This document shows positions 28,201 to 35,779 of a stretch of DNA of 64,000 nt, piece after piece. The notes under the pieces were generated by a model. It did no database searches, had not been told where the DNA came from, and saw only the letters and a program-made list of their open reading frames with translations. This DNA comes from Armatimonadota bacterium. GTDB lineage: Bacteria > Sysuimicrobiota > Sysuimicrobiia > Sysuimicrobiales > Kaftiobacteriaceae. The DNA lies in assembly GCA_037440005.1 (NCBI GenBank), contig JBBIUY010000008.1:1-64000 (forward strand), given 5' to 3'. Position 1 is the stretch's first letter, and every line of letters starts with the position of its first letter. The position numbers and the translations under genes were made by a program.

Positions 28201-29007
28201 TCAGGGTGAGGGCAGGCGCCCGCGCAGGTAGATCTCCCGCAGACCGTCCTGCCGGTAGTGGTAGACGCTGATCACGTCCAGCGGGCCCCCGGGCACCGGC
28301 CCCGCGAACAGCCGGGGCTGGGCGGGGTCGCCGCCGACCCGCAGGGTCACCGTCAGGAACACCTCGTCCACCAGGCCGGCGCGCACCAGAGCGGTGGTCA
28401 GCGTCGGGCCGCCCTCGCACAGCAGCCGGCGGACTCCCCGGCCGGCCAGATGGCGCAGGGCCGCCCGCAGGTCCACGCCTCCGTCGGGGCCGGCGGGCAG
28501 GACCTCGACGGCGACCCCCCGGGCGCGGACCCGGGCGACGTCGGCGGGGTCGGCCTGCGGCGTGGTGAGGACCAGGCGGTCGAAGTCGGCGCGGCGGAAG
28601 AACTGCTTGCCGAACGTCTGTGGATCGAACTGACAGGTGGCGCTGAGCAGCACCGCCGGCGGGTTGGGCGGGAATCCCGCCCGCCGGCGCCGTTCCTGCA
28701 GCCAGGGGTGGGTGGTCACCACCACGTCGTCCCGGCGCAGGGTGCCGGCGCCGGAGAGGACCGCGTCGGCGTGCACCCGCAGCTGCCGGAACAGGTGGTG
28801 GTCCACCTCGGTGCCGATGGCCCACGCCGACCCGCCCACGGCCGTCTGCCCGTCCAGGGTCACGACCATGTTCAGGTACACGAAGGGCCGGTCCGGGCCG
28901 CCCGAGGGCAGCTCCAGGTCCGCGTAGACGGTCTCCAGGGGCACCGCCCGCGGATAGGGCTCGCGGGCGTGGAAGACCAGGTCCAGGTGAGACGGCAGGG
29001 ACGCCAC
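28201..29007 (-). CDS. RibD C-terminal / dihydrofolate reductase family protein (pyrimidine reductase-like)
   Basis: RPFVYLNMVVTLDG, LR..ADAVLSGAGTLRRD, LLCEGGPTL, LVDEVFLT. The ORF-track start lies inside the tRNA, so the start was moved to GTG 29007. Confidence 0.88.
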   Translation of the reverse strand: MASLPSHLDLVFHAREPYPRAVPLETVYADLELPSGGPDRPFVYLNMVVTLDGQTAVGGSAWAIGTEVDHHLFRQLRVHADAVLSGAGTLRRDDVVVTTHPWLQERRRRAGFPPNPPAVLLSATCQFDPQTFGKQFFRRADFDRLVLTTPQADPADVARVRARGVAVEVLPAGPDGGVDLRAALRHLAGRGVRRLLCEGGPTLTTALVRAGLVDEVFLTVTLRVGGDPAQPRLFAGPVPGGPLDVISVYHYRQDGLREIYLRGRLPSP

Positions 29008-29040
29008 CGCCACCTCGCCGCTGCGTGTCCGCGTGTCGTC

Positions 29041-29079
29041 CTCATCCCTCTTCCTTCTTCCCTCTTCCCTCTTCCCTCC
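29041..29079. repeat. Pyrimidine heptamer tandem repeat (CTTCCCT)n upstream of the tRNA promoter
   Basis: CTCATCCCTCTTCCTTCTTCCCTCTTCCCTCTTCCCTCC; same family as the repeat at 7137. Confidence 0.75.
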
Positions 29080-29081
29080 TG

Positions 29082-29087
29082 TATAAT
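29082..29087 (+). promoter_or_regulatory. -10 box (TATAAT) of the tRNA operon
   Basis: Perfect TATAAT about 20 bp upstream of tRNA-Asp in a very GC-rich context. Confidence 0.65.
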
Positions 29088-29107
29088 GCGCTGTGCGGGA
29101 GCGGAGC

Positions 29108-29186
29108 GGGGGCGTGGTGTAGCCTGGTTCAACACACCTGCCTGTCACGCAGGAGATCGCGGGTTCAAATCCCGTCGCTCCCGCCA
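29108..29186 (+). tRNA. tRNA-Asp (GTC)
   Basis: Acceptor GGGGGCG/CGCTCCC, anticodon arm CCTGC-CTGTCAC-GCAGG, T-loop TTCAAAT, encoded CCA. Confidence 0.97.
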
Positions 29187-29187
29187 T

Positions 29188-29263
29188 GCCGGGGTAGCTC
29201 AGTTGGTAGAGCGCGGGCCTGAAGAGCCCGGCGTCGGCGGTTCAAGTCCGTCCCCCGGCACCA
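29188..29263 (+). tRNA. tRNA-Phe (GAA)
   Basis: Acceptor GCCGGGG/CCCCGGC, D-arm GCTC-AGTTGGTA-GAGC, anticodon arm CGGGC-CTGAAGA-GCCCG, T-loop TTCAAGT, encoded CCA. Confidence 0.97.
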
Positions 29264-29311
29264 GGGCGGCCGTGACGGCGGGGTGGCGCTGACGGTCCGC
29301 CCACGGGCATC

Positions 29312-29362
29312 ACGCGATGGAGCTCGCGTAACCGCCCGCCGCGACGGGCTGATAGCTCCTAC
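29312..29362 (+). promoter_or_regulatory. Fluoride riboswitch (crcB motif)
   Basis: ACGCGA-TGGAGC-TCGCGT-AACC-GCCCG-CCGCGA-CGGGC-TGATAGCTCCTAC: P1, conserved GATGG, P2, GCTGAT, pseudoknot GGAGC/GCTCC, terminal CTAC. Confidence 0.9.
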
Positions 29363-29390
29363 CGGAAGTCCGGTGGGAGCTTTGCTGCTT
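29354..29390 (+). terminator. Riboswitch-controlled terminator hairpin (expression platform)
   Basis: AGCTCCTACCGG-AAGT-CCGGTGGGAGCT followed by TTGCTGCTT. The 5' strand overlaps the aptamer pseudoknot strand. Confidence 0.8.
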
Positions 29391-29405
29391 ATGGGGGAAT
29401 CACCG

Positions 29406-29849
29406 GTGACCGCAGACGTCGTCCTGACCGACGAGGACTACCGGCGGCTGTCGGCCGCCCTGCGCGTCCGGGGACGGCCGACCCCGCAGGGATTCGCCTG
29501 GCTCATCGGCGAGGGCCTCCTGCACTACCGGCGCGACCAGGAGGCCTGGGCCACCGCGTCCGACGGCCCCGACGCCCGGGAACTCCAGCGGCGAGAAGCC
29601 CGGGCCCACCTGCTTTTGATGCGGACCCGGGCGGCCGAGCTGGACGCCCGGGTCGCCGCGTTGCGGGAGACGGTGGCGGATCTGGGCCCCCGATACCGGC
29701 AGCTGCGCGCCGTCCTGTTCGCTCTGCAGCGGGAGCGTCGCGCCCTCCGGACCGCGGCCTCTTCCGCTCCGTCCGACCTGCCGCCCCGCCGTCCCGGGCT
29801 GGTGGCCCGCCTGCGAGAGGTGCTCCGCGGGGCCCGGTGGCGATGGTGA
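29406..29849 (+). CDS. Hypothetical protein, RHH-like N-terminus plus coiled coil (paralog 1)
   Basis: GGGGGA RBS before GTG 29406; beta-alpha-alpha-like start VTADVVLTDEDYRRLSAAL..G; heptad-rich C-half; overlaps the next gene. Confidence 0.7.
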   Translation: MTADVVLTDEDYRRLSAALRVRGRPTPQGFAWLIGEGLLHYRRDQEAWATASDGPDARELQRREARAHLLLMRTRAAELDARVAALRETVADLGPRYRQLRAVLFALQRERRALRTAASSAPSDLPPRRPGLVARLREVLRGARWRW

Positions 29850-30265
29850 CGGTCACGGTGTCCCTGGACGCCCCGCTGTGGGAGCAGGTCGTGGTGCTGG
29901 CCCGCGCCCAGGGATGGTCGGTGCCCGACGCGGTCCTGATCCTGCTCGGCTACGGGGCGGCCGTGCACCTCGACGAGCTGACCGACGACCCTGTGGCCGC
30001 CCTGGGAGCGGCCCGGGCGGAGCTGGCACTGCTGCGCCACCGGGCGTTCAGCGCGGGAGAGGCGGTCCGGGACCTCCAGATGACCATCACGGGGCTGACC
30101 GCGTCCATCGCCCAGGCCGAGCGGTCTCTGGCCGTTCTGCAGCCCCTGGTGGCACAGCTGCGGGCCCGCGCGGAGCCGTCCGCCGCCGCCGCCACCGGCC
30201 CGTCCGCTCGGGACAGGCTGTGTGCCTTTCTGGCCCGCGGTCGCCCGGGGACTCCCGGGACGTGA
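29843..30265 (+). CDS. Hypothetical protein, RHH-like N-terminus plus coiled coil (paralog 2)
   Basis: MVTVTVSLDAPLWEQVVVLARAQGWSVPDAVLILL resembles CopG/RHH; ARAELALLRHRA aligns with ARAHLLLMRTRA of paralog 1. Confidence 0.7.
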   Translation: MVTVTVSLDAPLWEQVVVLARAQGWSVPDAVLILLGYGAAVHLDELTDDPVAALGAARAELALLRHRAFSAGEAVRDLQMTITGLTASIAQAERSLAVLQPLVAQLRARAEPSAAAATGPSARDRLCAFLARGRPGTPGT

Positions 30266-30268
30266 CCC

Positions 30269-30994
30269 GTGTCTCCCCCGGTGCGCCGATCGTCCGCGCC
30301 GTCGGTTCCGCCCGACGACATCACCATGGTCAAGGTGCGGGAGGCCCTGCGCCGGGGCGGCTGCCCGGTCTGCCGCGTCGCCTCCGCATCGGCGCGCCGG
30401 TACCTGTGGGGGTTCCTGTACGAGCAGGTCAACGACCCTGAGGTGCGGGACACGCTGCGGCGGTCCCGGGGCTTTTGCCGCCACCACGCCTGGATGCTCA
30501 CCCAGTTTTACGACACCCTGGGCGTGTCCATCGTCCACCACCACCTGGTCCGGGATCTCGCCCAGGACCTGCGGGCTGTCGCCGGGGGCGCCCGCGGCCT
30601 CCGCCCGCGCGCGCCGGCGCGTACCCAGCCCTGTCCGGCCTGCCGGGTGGTGCGCCAGAGCGAGCAGAACGCGCTGGAGGCGCTGGTGCAGCGCCTGGAC
30701 GACGAACAGGTCCGCGCCGGCCTGGCCGGGGACGCTCCCCTGTGCCTGCCGCACCTGCTGGCCGCGTGGGACCGTGTTCCCGACGCCGCCGCGCTGCGGC
30801 GTCTGGCCGCGCTGCAGGTGTCCGCGCTGGAGGCGCTGGGCCGGCAACTGGAGGAGTTCATCCGCAAGCAGGACTACCGCTTCCGGCACGAAGGGGTCAG
30901 CGCGCAGGAGGGGACGGCGTGGCTGCGGGCCCTCGAGGTCCTGGCGGGAAGCGACCCGCTGGAGGACCGGCGCCCGGGCGAGCCCGGAGGGTGA
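30269..30994 (+). CDS. DUF6062-like Cys/His-rich protein
   Basis: CPVC..FLYEQVNDP..R..SRGFCRHH; CPAC..LCLPH; EFIRKQDYR..W..A. Start may be ATG 30326. Confidence 0.8.
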   Translation: MSPPVRRSSAPSVPPDDITMVKVREALRRGGCPVCRVASASARRYLWGFLYEQVNDPEVRDTLRRSRGFCRHHAWMLTQFYDTLGVSIVHHHLVRDLAQDLRAVAGGARGLRPRAPARTQPCPACRVVRQSEQNALEALVQRLDDEQVRAGLAGDAPLCLPHLLAAWDRVPDAAALRRLAALQVSALEALGRQLEEFIRKQDYRFRHEGVSAQEGTAWLRALEVLAGSDPLEDRRPGEPGG

Positions 30995-31006
30995 GGTGAT
31001 CGGTCG

Positions 31007-32188
31007 GTGAGCCGGCCCGCACCGTCCGCAGGGGCGGCGATGCGCTTCATCGTGCTGCTGGGTCTGGTGAGCCTGGCGGCCGATATGACCTACGAAGGCG
31101 CCCGCAGCGTCACCGGTCCCTTCCTGGGCGTCCTGGGCGCCGGCGCCGTCGTCGTCGCGACCACCTCCGGCCTGGGAGAGCTCGTCGGCTACGGCCTGCG
31201 GGCGGCCTCCGGCTACCTCAGCGACCGCACGGGACGCTACTGGGCCGTCACCGGCGTCGGCTACGCCGTCAACCTGCTGGCCGTGCCGCTGCTGGCGGTG
31301 GCCGGCCGGTGGGAGGTGGCGGCCGGGTTGATCGTCGCCGAGAGGGTCGGCAAGGCGGTCCGCACGCCGGCCCGGGACGCCATGCTCTCCCACGCCGCCG
31401 CGGCCGTGGGCCGGGGATGGGGGTTCGGCCTGCACGAAGCCCTGGACCAGGTGGGGGCGGTGGCGGGCCCGCTGCTGGTGGCGGCGGTCCTGGCGGCAGG
31501 CGGCGGCTACCGGACGGCCTTCGCGGTCCTGGCAGCTCCCGCGGTGGTGGCCCTGGCCACGCTGCTCCTGGCGCGGCTGTCCTACCCGTCTCCCCGGCGC
31601 CTGGAAGCGGAGGTCCCGTCCGCGCCGGCCCCGTGGCCTCGCAGGTTCTGGCTGTACCTGGCGGGCACCGGGCTGGTCGCCGCCGGGTTTGCCGACTTCC
31701 CCCTGGTGGCGTTCCACGTGGCGCGGCACCGCCTGGCGCCCGACGCCTGGATTGCGGGCCTGTACGCTCTGGCGATGGGCGTGGACGCCCTGGCGGCGCT
31801 GGTTGTGGGCCGGCTATATGACCGCGCGGGCGTGGTGGTGCTGGCGTGGGCGGTGGCGGCCGCCGCCCTGTTCGCGCCGCTGGTCTTTGTGGGGTCGCTG
31901 CCCGGGGTGCTGGTCGGAGTGGCGCTGTGGGGCCTGGGGATGGGCGCCCAGGAGTCGGTCATGCGCGCGGCGGTGGCGGGCCTGGTCGCGCCGCCGCACC
32001 GCGGCGCGGCCTTCGGCCTGTTCCACGCCTGGTACGGCGTCACCTGGTTTGCCGGCAGCGCCCTGATGGGCGTCCTGTACGAGATCTCGCCGGCGTGGGT
32101 GGCGGCGTTCTCGGTGGCCGCCCAGGCGGCGGCGGTCCCGCTGCTGCTGGCAGGGGCGCGGGCGGACGGCCGTCCGCGGGCGCCGTAG
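31007..32188 (+). CDS. MFS transporter (MJ1317-like subfamily)
   Basis: About 12 TM segments; ADMTYEGARS, GYLSDRTG (motif A), ERVGKAVRTPARDA, FGLHEALDQ, GRLYDRAG. Confidence 0.9.
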   Translation: MSRPAPSAGAAMRFIVLLGLVSLAADMTYEGARSVTGPFLGVLGAGAVVVATTSGLGELVGYGLRAASGYLSDRTGRYWAVTGVGYAVNLLAVPLLAVAGRWEVAAGLIVAERVGKAVRTPARDAMLSHAAAAVGRGWGFGLHEALDQVGAVAGPLLVAAVLAAGGGYRTAFAVLAAPAVVALATLLLARLSYPSPRRLEAEVPSAPAPWPRRFWLYLAGTGLVAAGFADFPLVAFHVARHRLAPDAWIAGLYALAMGVDALAALVVGRLYDRAGVVVLAWAVAAAALFAPLVFVGSLPGVLVGVALWGLGMGAQESVMRAAVAGLVAPPHRGAAFGLFHAWYGVTWFAGSALMGVLYEISPAWVAAFSVAAQAAAVPLLLAGARADGRPRAP

Positions 32189-32194
32189 ATGCGG

Positions 32195-33622
32195 TCAGGG
32201 CGCCGACGCACTGCGGGGGATTCGCCCGGCGTGCCCGCGGGGCGGGGAGGGGAGATACGCTCCCGCCGCCACCAGGCGGCGCTGCAGCTCGGCCACCAGG
32301 CGCATGTCGCTTGCCAGCCGGGTGGGGGTGGTCTCGCGTTCCAGCGCCAGGGCGGCGGCCTCCCCGGCGGCCTCCCCCAGGGACATCCCTGTGGGGATGA
32401 TCCGCAACGACCCCCAGGCCAGGTGGGTGGCCGAGAACGCCTTGCCCACCACCATCAGGCGGTCCACTCCCACCGGCACCAGGGCCCGGAAGGGGACCGT
32501 GTAGACCCGGCGCACCGGCCGCAGCAGGTTCACCTGGCCGCGGGCGTAGGGGTGCAGGTCGATGGGGTACGACGCGACCGCGATGCGGTCGGGGAAGACC
32601 CGTTCGTGCATGATGTCCTCGGCGGTCATGCGGTACAGCCCGACGATGTGCCGCGTCTCCCGGACGTACAGGTACGGGGCCGCCCCCGCCAGGGTGGCGC
32701 GGGCGAACCCGGGGGCGGAGGACCGCAGGAAGGCCACCACAGCCGGCAGCTCGGCGAGGGCCAGCTCCCGCCCCTGGGCCACCGACCGGGGGTCGGCGCC
32801 GTCCACGTCGAAGATCTGCAGGGCGTTGACCAGCACGGTCCCGTCGCTCTGCCATCCCAGGTTGAGGTCAAACAAACCCAGCCGCGGGATGGACGGGACG
32901 TAGCGGCGGGCGATCTGGCTGTACCCCCACGCGTACCGGCCGCGCACCCCGCCCCGGCGGTGGGGGACGTCCTCGCTGGCCACGTACCGGCTGACGGCGG
33001 CGGCGTCCACCCCGTCCAGCCGGAAGATCAAAGTGGCGGCCTGGGTGCGGCGGTCCCCCCCGCTGTCCTCGCGACCGACGGTGAACGGCACGCCGCTGGC
33101 CACCGCCACGGCGCCGTCGTCGGTGGCGTCGATCACCTGGCGGGCGCGGACCAGCCACTGCTGGCCGGTCTGCCGGTCCGCCAGAACCGCCCCCGCCAGA
33201 GCGCCGGCGTCCAGCACCGGACGGACCACCGTTGTGTGGGTCCGCACCACCAGGCGCGGCTGGGAGCCGACCAGGTCGTCGAAGACCGCCTGGGCCTGAT
33301 CGATGTCGAAGGTCTGCCCCAGCTGCTGGTACACCCGGGCGAACAGACCCCCCGCGAGGATCTTTCCCCGGGGCGTCCGGTTGAGGTCCAGCATGTCCAG
33401 CCAGGCCAGGGTGATGTCGCCGCCGATGGCCTCGCGGGGCTCCACTAGCAGCACCCTGGCTCCGGCCCGCGCGGCGGCCACGGCGGCGGCGATGCCGGAC
33501 GGTCCGCCGCCCACCACCAGCACGTCCGCGTCCACGGCGGCGTCGGCCGGAGGGCGGTCCACCGCCGCGACGCCGACCAGCAGGACGGCCGCGGCAACTC
33601 CGACACCCAGCGCTCTGCCCAT
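32195..33622 (-). CDS. Exported FAD-dependent oxidoreductase
   Basis: Signal peptide; DVLVVGGGPSGIAAAVAAAR, VIDATDDG, YVRETRHI, YPIDLH, VPFRALVP, SLRIIPTGM..GEAAG. Confidence 0.85.
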   Translation of the reverse strand: MGRALGVGVAAAVLLVGVAAVDRPPADAAVDADVLVVGGGPSGIAAAVAAARAGARVLLVEPREAIGGDITLAWLDMLDLNRTPRGKILAGGLFARVYQQLGQTFDIDQAQAVFDDLVGSQPRLVVRTHTTVVRPVLDAGALAGAVLADRQTGQQWLVRARQVIDATDDGAVAVASGVPFTVGREDSGGDRRTQAATLIFRLDGVDAAAVSRYVASEDVPHRRGGVRGRYAWGYSQIARRYVPSIPRLGLFDLNLGWQSDGTVLVNALQIFDVDGADPRSVAQGRELALAELPAVVAFLRSSAPGFARATLAGAAPYLYVRETRHIVGLYRMTAEDIMHERVFPDRIAVASYPIDLHPYARGQVNLLRPVRRVYTVPFRALVPVGVDRLMVVGKAFSATHLAWGSLRIIPTGMSLGEAAGEAAALALERETTPTRLASDMRLVAELQRRLVAAGAYLPSPPRGHAGRIPRSASAP

Positions 33623-33798
33623 CGCCGGTTCTCCGCCGGCCGCCCCCCGGACAGTGCGAGCGTCCGCCTGTCCCGGGAGGTTCCCCGCCCCTGCGGCCGG
33701 CTATCCCCTCTATGCCCCCGGGGCGGCGGATGAGGCGCGGGCGTATAATGGCAGGTGGAGATCCGGTGTCGTCACATCGGCGCGGAGGAGGGATCGTC

Positions 33799-34119
33799 AT
33801 GGCCAACCGCAGCGAGTTCATCGCGGGACTGGTGGTCGGCGCCCTGGTGGGGGTGGGCGTGGGCCTGCTGCTGGCGCCCCGGTCGGGGGAGGAGACCCGC
33901 GGGCGGCTGCGGGGCAAGGCCGACGAGATGGCCGACCGGCTGCGCGGCCGGACCCGCGACGTCACCAACCAGCTCAAGGAGACGGTGGAGGAGCTGGGCA
34001 GCCGGATGCGCCGCAGCGCCGACGAGGTCACCGCCCGGGTCCAGAAGGCGCTGGGCGAGCAGGTGCAGCGGCTGCAGGCCGCTCTGGAGCGGCCCGGGAC
34101 TCCTCCCGAGCACAACTGA
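33799..34119 (+). CDS. YtxH domain-containing (general stress) protein
   Basis: FIAGLVVGALVG..GLLLAPRSGEETR; GGAGG RBS; TATAAT at 33744-33749. Confidence 0.88.
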   Translation: MANRSEFIAGLVVGALVGVGVGLLLAPRSGEETRGRLRGKADEMADRLRGRTRDVTNQLKETVEELGSRMRRSADEVTARVQKALGEQVQRLQAALERPGTPPEHN

Positions 34120-34173
34120 CCCTGCCGGCCCCACAGCGGAGCAGCTCCACCCCTGCTTTTGCCGTTCTCTATA

Positions 34174-34202
34174 TTGACGAACTTCGATTTTTAGAGTACC
34201 GT
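34174..34202 (+). promoter_or_regulatory. Sigma70-type promoter with overlapping ArsR-like operator
   Basis: TTGACG-17 bp-TACCGT; imperfect palindrome ATTGA-CGAACT-TCGAT over the -35 box. Confidence 0.55.
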
Positions 34203-34230
34203 GGTCCCACGCGTGATGCGGAGTCGCCCC

Positions 34231-34626
34231 GTGGCCGTCTCACTTCCTTCCCGTCTGTCCGACGACGGGCGGCGGGCCCCTGCGCGCCGCCCGTGCTGCC
34301 GCGGGAGGTGCGCGTCGGTGGTGGCCGCCACCCGGCTGGACCGGCGCGACCTGGCGCAGCGGGCGGAGGCGCTGGCGGCGGTGGGCGATCCGGTGCGGCT
34401 GGCCATGGTGACCCTGTTGGCCCGCCACCAAGCGCTGTGCGTGTGCGAGATCCAGACCGCCTTCGACCTGGGCCAGCCGACGATCTCTCACCATTTGAAG
34501 GTGCTGCGGGAGGTCGGGCTGGTGACCGTGGAGCGGCGGGGGCTGTGGGCCTACTACTCCCTGCGCCGGGACGCCCTCAGCGACCTGGCGCAGGACCTGC
34601 TCACCCTGGCCCGGCCGCAGGGGTAG
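34231..34626 (+). CDS. arsR: ArsR/SmtB family metalloregulator
   Basis: AVGDPVRL, LCVCEI (alpha3 As site), QPTISHHLKVL, ERRGLWAYY; N-terminal CC pair. Start uncertain. Confidence 0.9.
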   Translation: MAVSLPSRLSDDGRRAPARRPCCRGRCASVVAATRLDRRDLAQRAEALAAVGDPVRLAMVTLLARHQALCVCEIQTAFDLGQPTISHHLKVLREVGLVTVERRGLWAYYSLRRDALSDLAQDLLTLARPQG

Positions 34627-34631
34627 CCCCC

Positions 34632-35081
34632 ATGGAGATCCGACCCGCTGGTCCGTCCGATCTGCCCGCCATCCAGTCCCTGCTGGCCGCCGCCGGTCTC
34701 CCTCCGAACGGCGTGGCCGAGCAGAGGGGAGGGTTCGTGGTCGCCGTCGAGGGAGACCAGGTGGTGGCCTGCGCCGGATTGGAGGTCTACGGGCCGCACG
34801 GCCTGCTGCGTTCGGTGGCCGTGCGGCCCGACCGTCGCGGCCGCGGTGTGGGACGGGCTCTGGTCAGTCACCTGGCCGCGCGCGCCCGCGCGTCGGGCCT
34901 GACCGATGTCTACCTGCTGACGACCACCGCCGCGGACTACTTCTCCCGGCTGGGCTTTCACCCGGTGGACCGGGACCAGGTCCCGGAGGACGTGAGGACG
35001 TCTGCGGAGTTCACGGCAACCTGCTGCGCCACCGCCCGGGCGATGCGCCGGACGCTGCGGGCCGGAGGAGAGACACCGTGA
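34632..35081 (+). CDS. arsN2: Arsenic-resistance GNAT N-acetyltransferase (ArsN2-like)
   Basis: GLLRSVAV..RGRGVG, YLLTTTAADYF.RLGF, SAEF..TCC.TA..M; lies in the ars operon. Confidence 0.82.
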   Translation: MEIRPAGPSDLPAIQSLLAAAGLPPNGVAEQRGGFVVAVEGDQVVACAGLEVYGPHGLLRSVAVRPDRRGRGVGRALVSHLAARARASGLTDVYLLTTTAADYFSRLGFHPVDRDQVPEDVRTSAEFTATCCATARAMRRTLRAGGETP

Positions 35082-35776
35082 TGACGCCGGAGGACCTCAA
35101 GAAGAGCGTGCGGGACCACTACGCCCGGGCGGCCCTGGGCGACTGCGGGTGCGCCGACGCCGGCTGCTGCGCGCCCTCGGCCGCCTCCTGCGAGACCGCA
35201 GGAGACGGCCTGGGCTGCGGGTTTCCCCTGGCCCATGCCGACCTGCGGCCCGGAGAGGTGGTGGTGGACCTGGGGTCCGGCGCGGGAGGCGAGGTGATCC
35301 GGGCGGCGACGCAGGTCGGTCCGGCCGGCCGGGCCCTGGGGGTGGACATGACCGCGGAGATGGTGGCCCGGGCGCGCGAGGCCGCCCGCGGGGCGGGAGT
35401 GCCCGCCGCGGAGTTCCTGCTGGGCGAGATGGAGCGCCTGCCTCTGGCCGACGCGGTGGCCGACGTGGTGATCAGCAACTGCGCCATCAACCTGGTCCCC
35501 GACAAGGCGGCGGCGTTCCGGGAAGCCTTCCGGGTGCTGCGGCCCGGCGGGCGGCTGGTGGTCTCCGACATGGTCTCCCGGGGGCCGCTGTCCCCGTCTC
35601 TGCGGGCCGACCCCCGGGCGTGGGCGGGCTGCGTGGGCGGCGCCCTGGACGTGGAGGAGTACCTGGCGCTGATCCGCTCCGCCGGATTCCACCCGGTGGA
35701 GGTCGTCGACGCCTCGCCGGCTGCTCCCGGTCAGGTGTTCAGCGTGACGGTGCGGGCCCGCCGGCCTGTGGCCTGA
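35081..35776 (+). CDS. arsM: Arsenite S-adenosylmethionine methyltransferase (ArsM-like)
   Basis: VRDHY, Cys-rich N-terminus, GLGCGFP, VVDLGSGAG, GVDMT, ISNCAINL, WAGCVGGA. Confidence 0.85.
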   Translation: MTPEDLKKSVRDHYARAALGDCGCADAGCCAPSAASCETAGDGLGCGFPLAHADLRPGEVVVDLGSGAGGEVIRAATQVGPAGRALGVDMTAEMVARAREAARGAGVPAAEFLLGEMERLPLADAVADVVISNCAINLVPDKAAAFREAFRVLRPGGRLVVSDMVSRGPLSPSLRADPRAWAGCVGGALDVEEYLALIRSAGFHPVEVVDASPAAPGQVFSVTVRARRPVA

Positions 35777-35779
35777 CCG

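Noticed and set aside
29008..29187. ORF-track N-terminus of the RibD-like gene
   Set aside because: It overlaps tRNA-Asp and the heptamer repeat on the opposite strand; a GTG at 29007 with a GAGG RBS fits better.
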